Shown here in pieces: positions 62,585 to 64,000 of a stretch of 64,000 nt of DNA. The translations under genes and the position numbers were made by a program. Source of the stretch: a virus. The stretch is taken from the IMG/VR virus record IMGVR_UViG_3300037155_000096; one strand, given 5' to 3'. The notes under the pieces are model-generated. The model was not told the origin of the DNA and ran no database searches. It was given only the letters and a program-made list of their open reading frames with translations. Position 1 is the first letter of the stretch. Each line of letters opens with the position of its first letter.

Positions 62585-63528
62585 GCTAATACTCCTTTCT
62601 CAAAATCAAATAAACAATCTTTTGCTGCTTTGTCAGCGGGATCTCTCCAGTCCAACCATACGGGATGCTGTAAACATCCTGTCGGAAATAAATCATACGC
62701 TTTCATAAGAGCCACTTTACCAATATGCTTTTCCATTTTTTCTTTGGGGCCGGTAACTCCGAGCGAACCTAGCGTCACCAACTTGCCAGTTTTTATATCA
62801 TACATGCCATAGCGGAGGTTAACCCATTTCTTTTCCCATGATTCCGCGTGCTTCCCCTTCGGATAAAATACTCCGTCCTTCCCCGTTTCACCCGGTCTTA
62901 CCGTCCATTCGGTCGGCTTACCGAGGGCATCAACTATGACCACGTCATAATCATCAAAAAACTTCAACTTCACCATATTGGCTCTTCCGCCTGGTTCATA
63001 AGGACGAAGCGTATTCTTAAATATCGCTCCTTCAGCTCCCTGTTCTTTCAGCATTTCGACTAAGCCGGGGAAATCCTCATGGAACACTTCATTCAGTTTG
63101 AACTTATCGTGCTGTATTAAGAACTTATGATACAGAAGCTCCAGTACCTGTCTCCTTGCCCCGAATGACAGAGCCATCGTAGCTTTCTGATCAAGCCCTG
63201 GAGTCTGCAAAACATCGAAGGCGTAGAAATACAGTCCTTCATAATTTCGTTCACTTAAAGCGTGGGAGACATCTCCGGGACGCTTTGAAAAATCTTCAAA
63301 TGCTATCTCGCCATCAATCGCATATCCTTCAGGGATGCACTTCTGGACAAACGTATTCATAGCCTTGCCGGTAGCCGAGTAGCTCTTTTCACTCGTAATG
63401 GCGAATCTCCATCCGTTGCGTTTCACTTCCGCCACAGTATTCTTCGGAGTCACCGCCGATAGCAAATAACCATCTCTTTTTTTATCAAATGTGCGTGCTT
63501 TAGCCGGTCTGACATGCTTGAATGTCAT
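62581..63528 (-). CDS. ATP-dependent DNA ligase
   Basis: Motif I EVKRNGWR, IDGEI, YAFDVL, EGAIFK, KLK; OB-fold C-terminus. Confidence 0.85.
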   Translation of the reverse strand: MTFKHVRPAKARTFDKKRDGYLLSAVTPKNTVAEVKRNGWRFAITSEKSYSATGKAMNTFVQKCIPEGYAIDGEIAFEDFSKRPGDVSHALSERNYEGLYFYAFDVLQTPGLDQKATMALSFGARRQVLELLYHKFLIQHDKFKLNEVFHEDFPGLVEMLKEQGAEGAIFKNTLRPYEPGGRANMVKLKFFDDYDVVIVDALGKPTEWTVRPGETGKDGVFYPKGKHAESWEKKWVNLRYGMYDIKTGKLVTLGSLGVTGPKEKMEKHIGKVALMKAYDLFPTGCLQHPVWLDWRDPADKAAKDCLFDFEKGVLA

Positions 63529-63553
63529 CTACTACCTGTTATTGTGAAAAGTG

Positions 63554-63596
63554 GTGTTATAAATATTAACTTACAAGAAGCATGCTAAGATTTTTT
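63554..63596 (-). promoter_or_regulatory. Putative promoter: AAAAAATCTTAGCA ... TTTATAAC upstream of ligase
   Basis: Exact 14-bp repeat of 55205-55218; TTTATAAC 24 nt before the ATG. Confidence 0.5.
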
Positions 63597-63606
63597 GACT
63601 TCAGCC

Positions 63607-63780
63607 TTACTCGATTTCATCGTCTTCCCAATTATCGGATATGTTTTCGAGCATCGTTTTGACGCCTTCCAGCATGCCCCATAACGCTCCCGCAATAAGG
63701 ACGAGCGGTATTGCTGAAATGCAGACGCCAGCCCAGAAAACCTTATGTTTTCTCGCGAATCTTCTCATCGGTAATGTCAT
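63607..63780 (-). CDS. Unannotated 57-aa membrane protein (MTLPMRRFARKHKVFWAGVC...)
   Basis: Manual translation; ATGA overlap with the 63777 ORF; one TM segment. Confidence 0.55.
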   Translation of the reverse strand: MTLPMRRFARKHKVFWAGVCISAIPLVLIAGALWGMLEGVKTMLENISDNWEDDEIE

Positions 63781-63992
63781 GATATATGCTTCCTTATAAC
63801 ATTGAAGCGGTCTCTCAAGGTCTGATCTGAAGGCAAGAAGTAAAACTCGACTATCTCTTTAGTCTTCGTTGTAGCGAGCCGTTCTTCCAGCCCGCCATCA
63901 ACAAAGAATCGAACATGTATATATCCCAGCTCTTCCTTCCCGGTCTTGATCTGTTCCCGCAGATTTTCTTCAGAATAAACGTAATTATCCAT
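63777..63992 (-). CDS. Hypothetical protein
   Basis: 71-aa ORF. Confidence 0.45.
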   Translation of the reverse strand: MDNYVYSEENLREQIKTGKEELGYIHVRFFVDGGLEERLATTKTKEIVEFYFLPSDQTLRDRFNVIRKHIS

Positions 63993-64000
63993 TAAAATAA

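Noticed and set aside
142-62812. All plus-strand ORFs in the track (e.g. 142-399, 9273-9896, 27671-28189, 41208-41699, 55918-56424)
   Set aside because: Each lies antisense to a longer motif-bearing minus-strand gene, lacks recognisable motifs, and is the expected shadow of the coding strand.
50933-63528. Active-site deviations (RecA GDESSSKT, ligase KRNG, resolvase ISCK) as signs of inactivation or novelty
   Set aside because: Other motifs are intact and such substitutions are within the variation I expect for phage homologs; not enough to claim anything without assays.

Overview
The window is a 64-kb internal segment of a large lytic myovirus (Caudoviricetes). All supportable genes lie on the minus strand, are tightly packed (frequent 1-4 nt stop/start overlaps) and use the standard code. 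In transcription order (right to left) there are four blocks. (i) Replication/recombination, about 64-47 kb: ATP-dependent ligase, DnaC-like loader, DnaB helicase, DnaG primase, resolvases, two SSBs, SF2 helicase, RecA, Cas4-like nuclease, GroES and a Tad1-like anti-defence sponge. (ii) A 12-kb glycosylation/modification operon, 46.9-35.0 kb: MgsA-lid-like protein, three GT-B glycosyltransferases, PIG-L/LmbE deacetylase, divergent QueC-like PP-loop enzyme, two ParB-like paralogs and a GT2-PI3K/HipA-like kinase fusion. (iii) Packaging and T4-like head genes, 34.6-20 kb, including a T9SS-cargo-like gene and a terminase large subunit fractured by a naturally split intein with two unrelated ORFs between the halves. 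(iv) Neck, sheath, two tubes, a frameshifted tail chaperone, tape measure and baseplate genes, 20-0 kb, with a baseplate wedge gene apparently split inside a helical insert. I saw no tRNA, rRNA, CRISPR array, integrase or DNA polymerase. All family calls come from motif recognition by eye; no database search was run.
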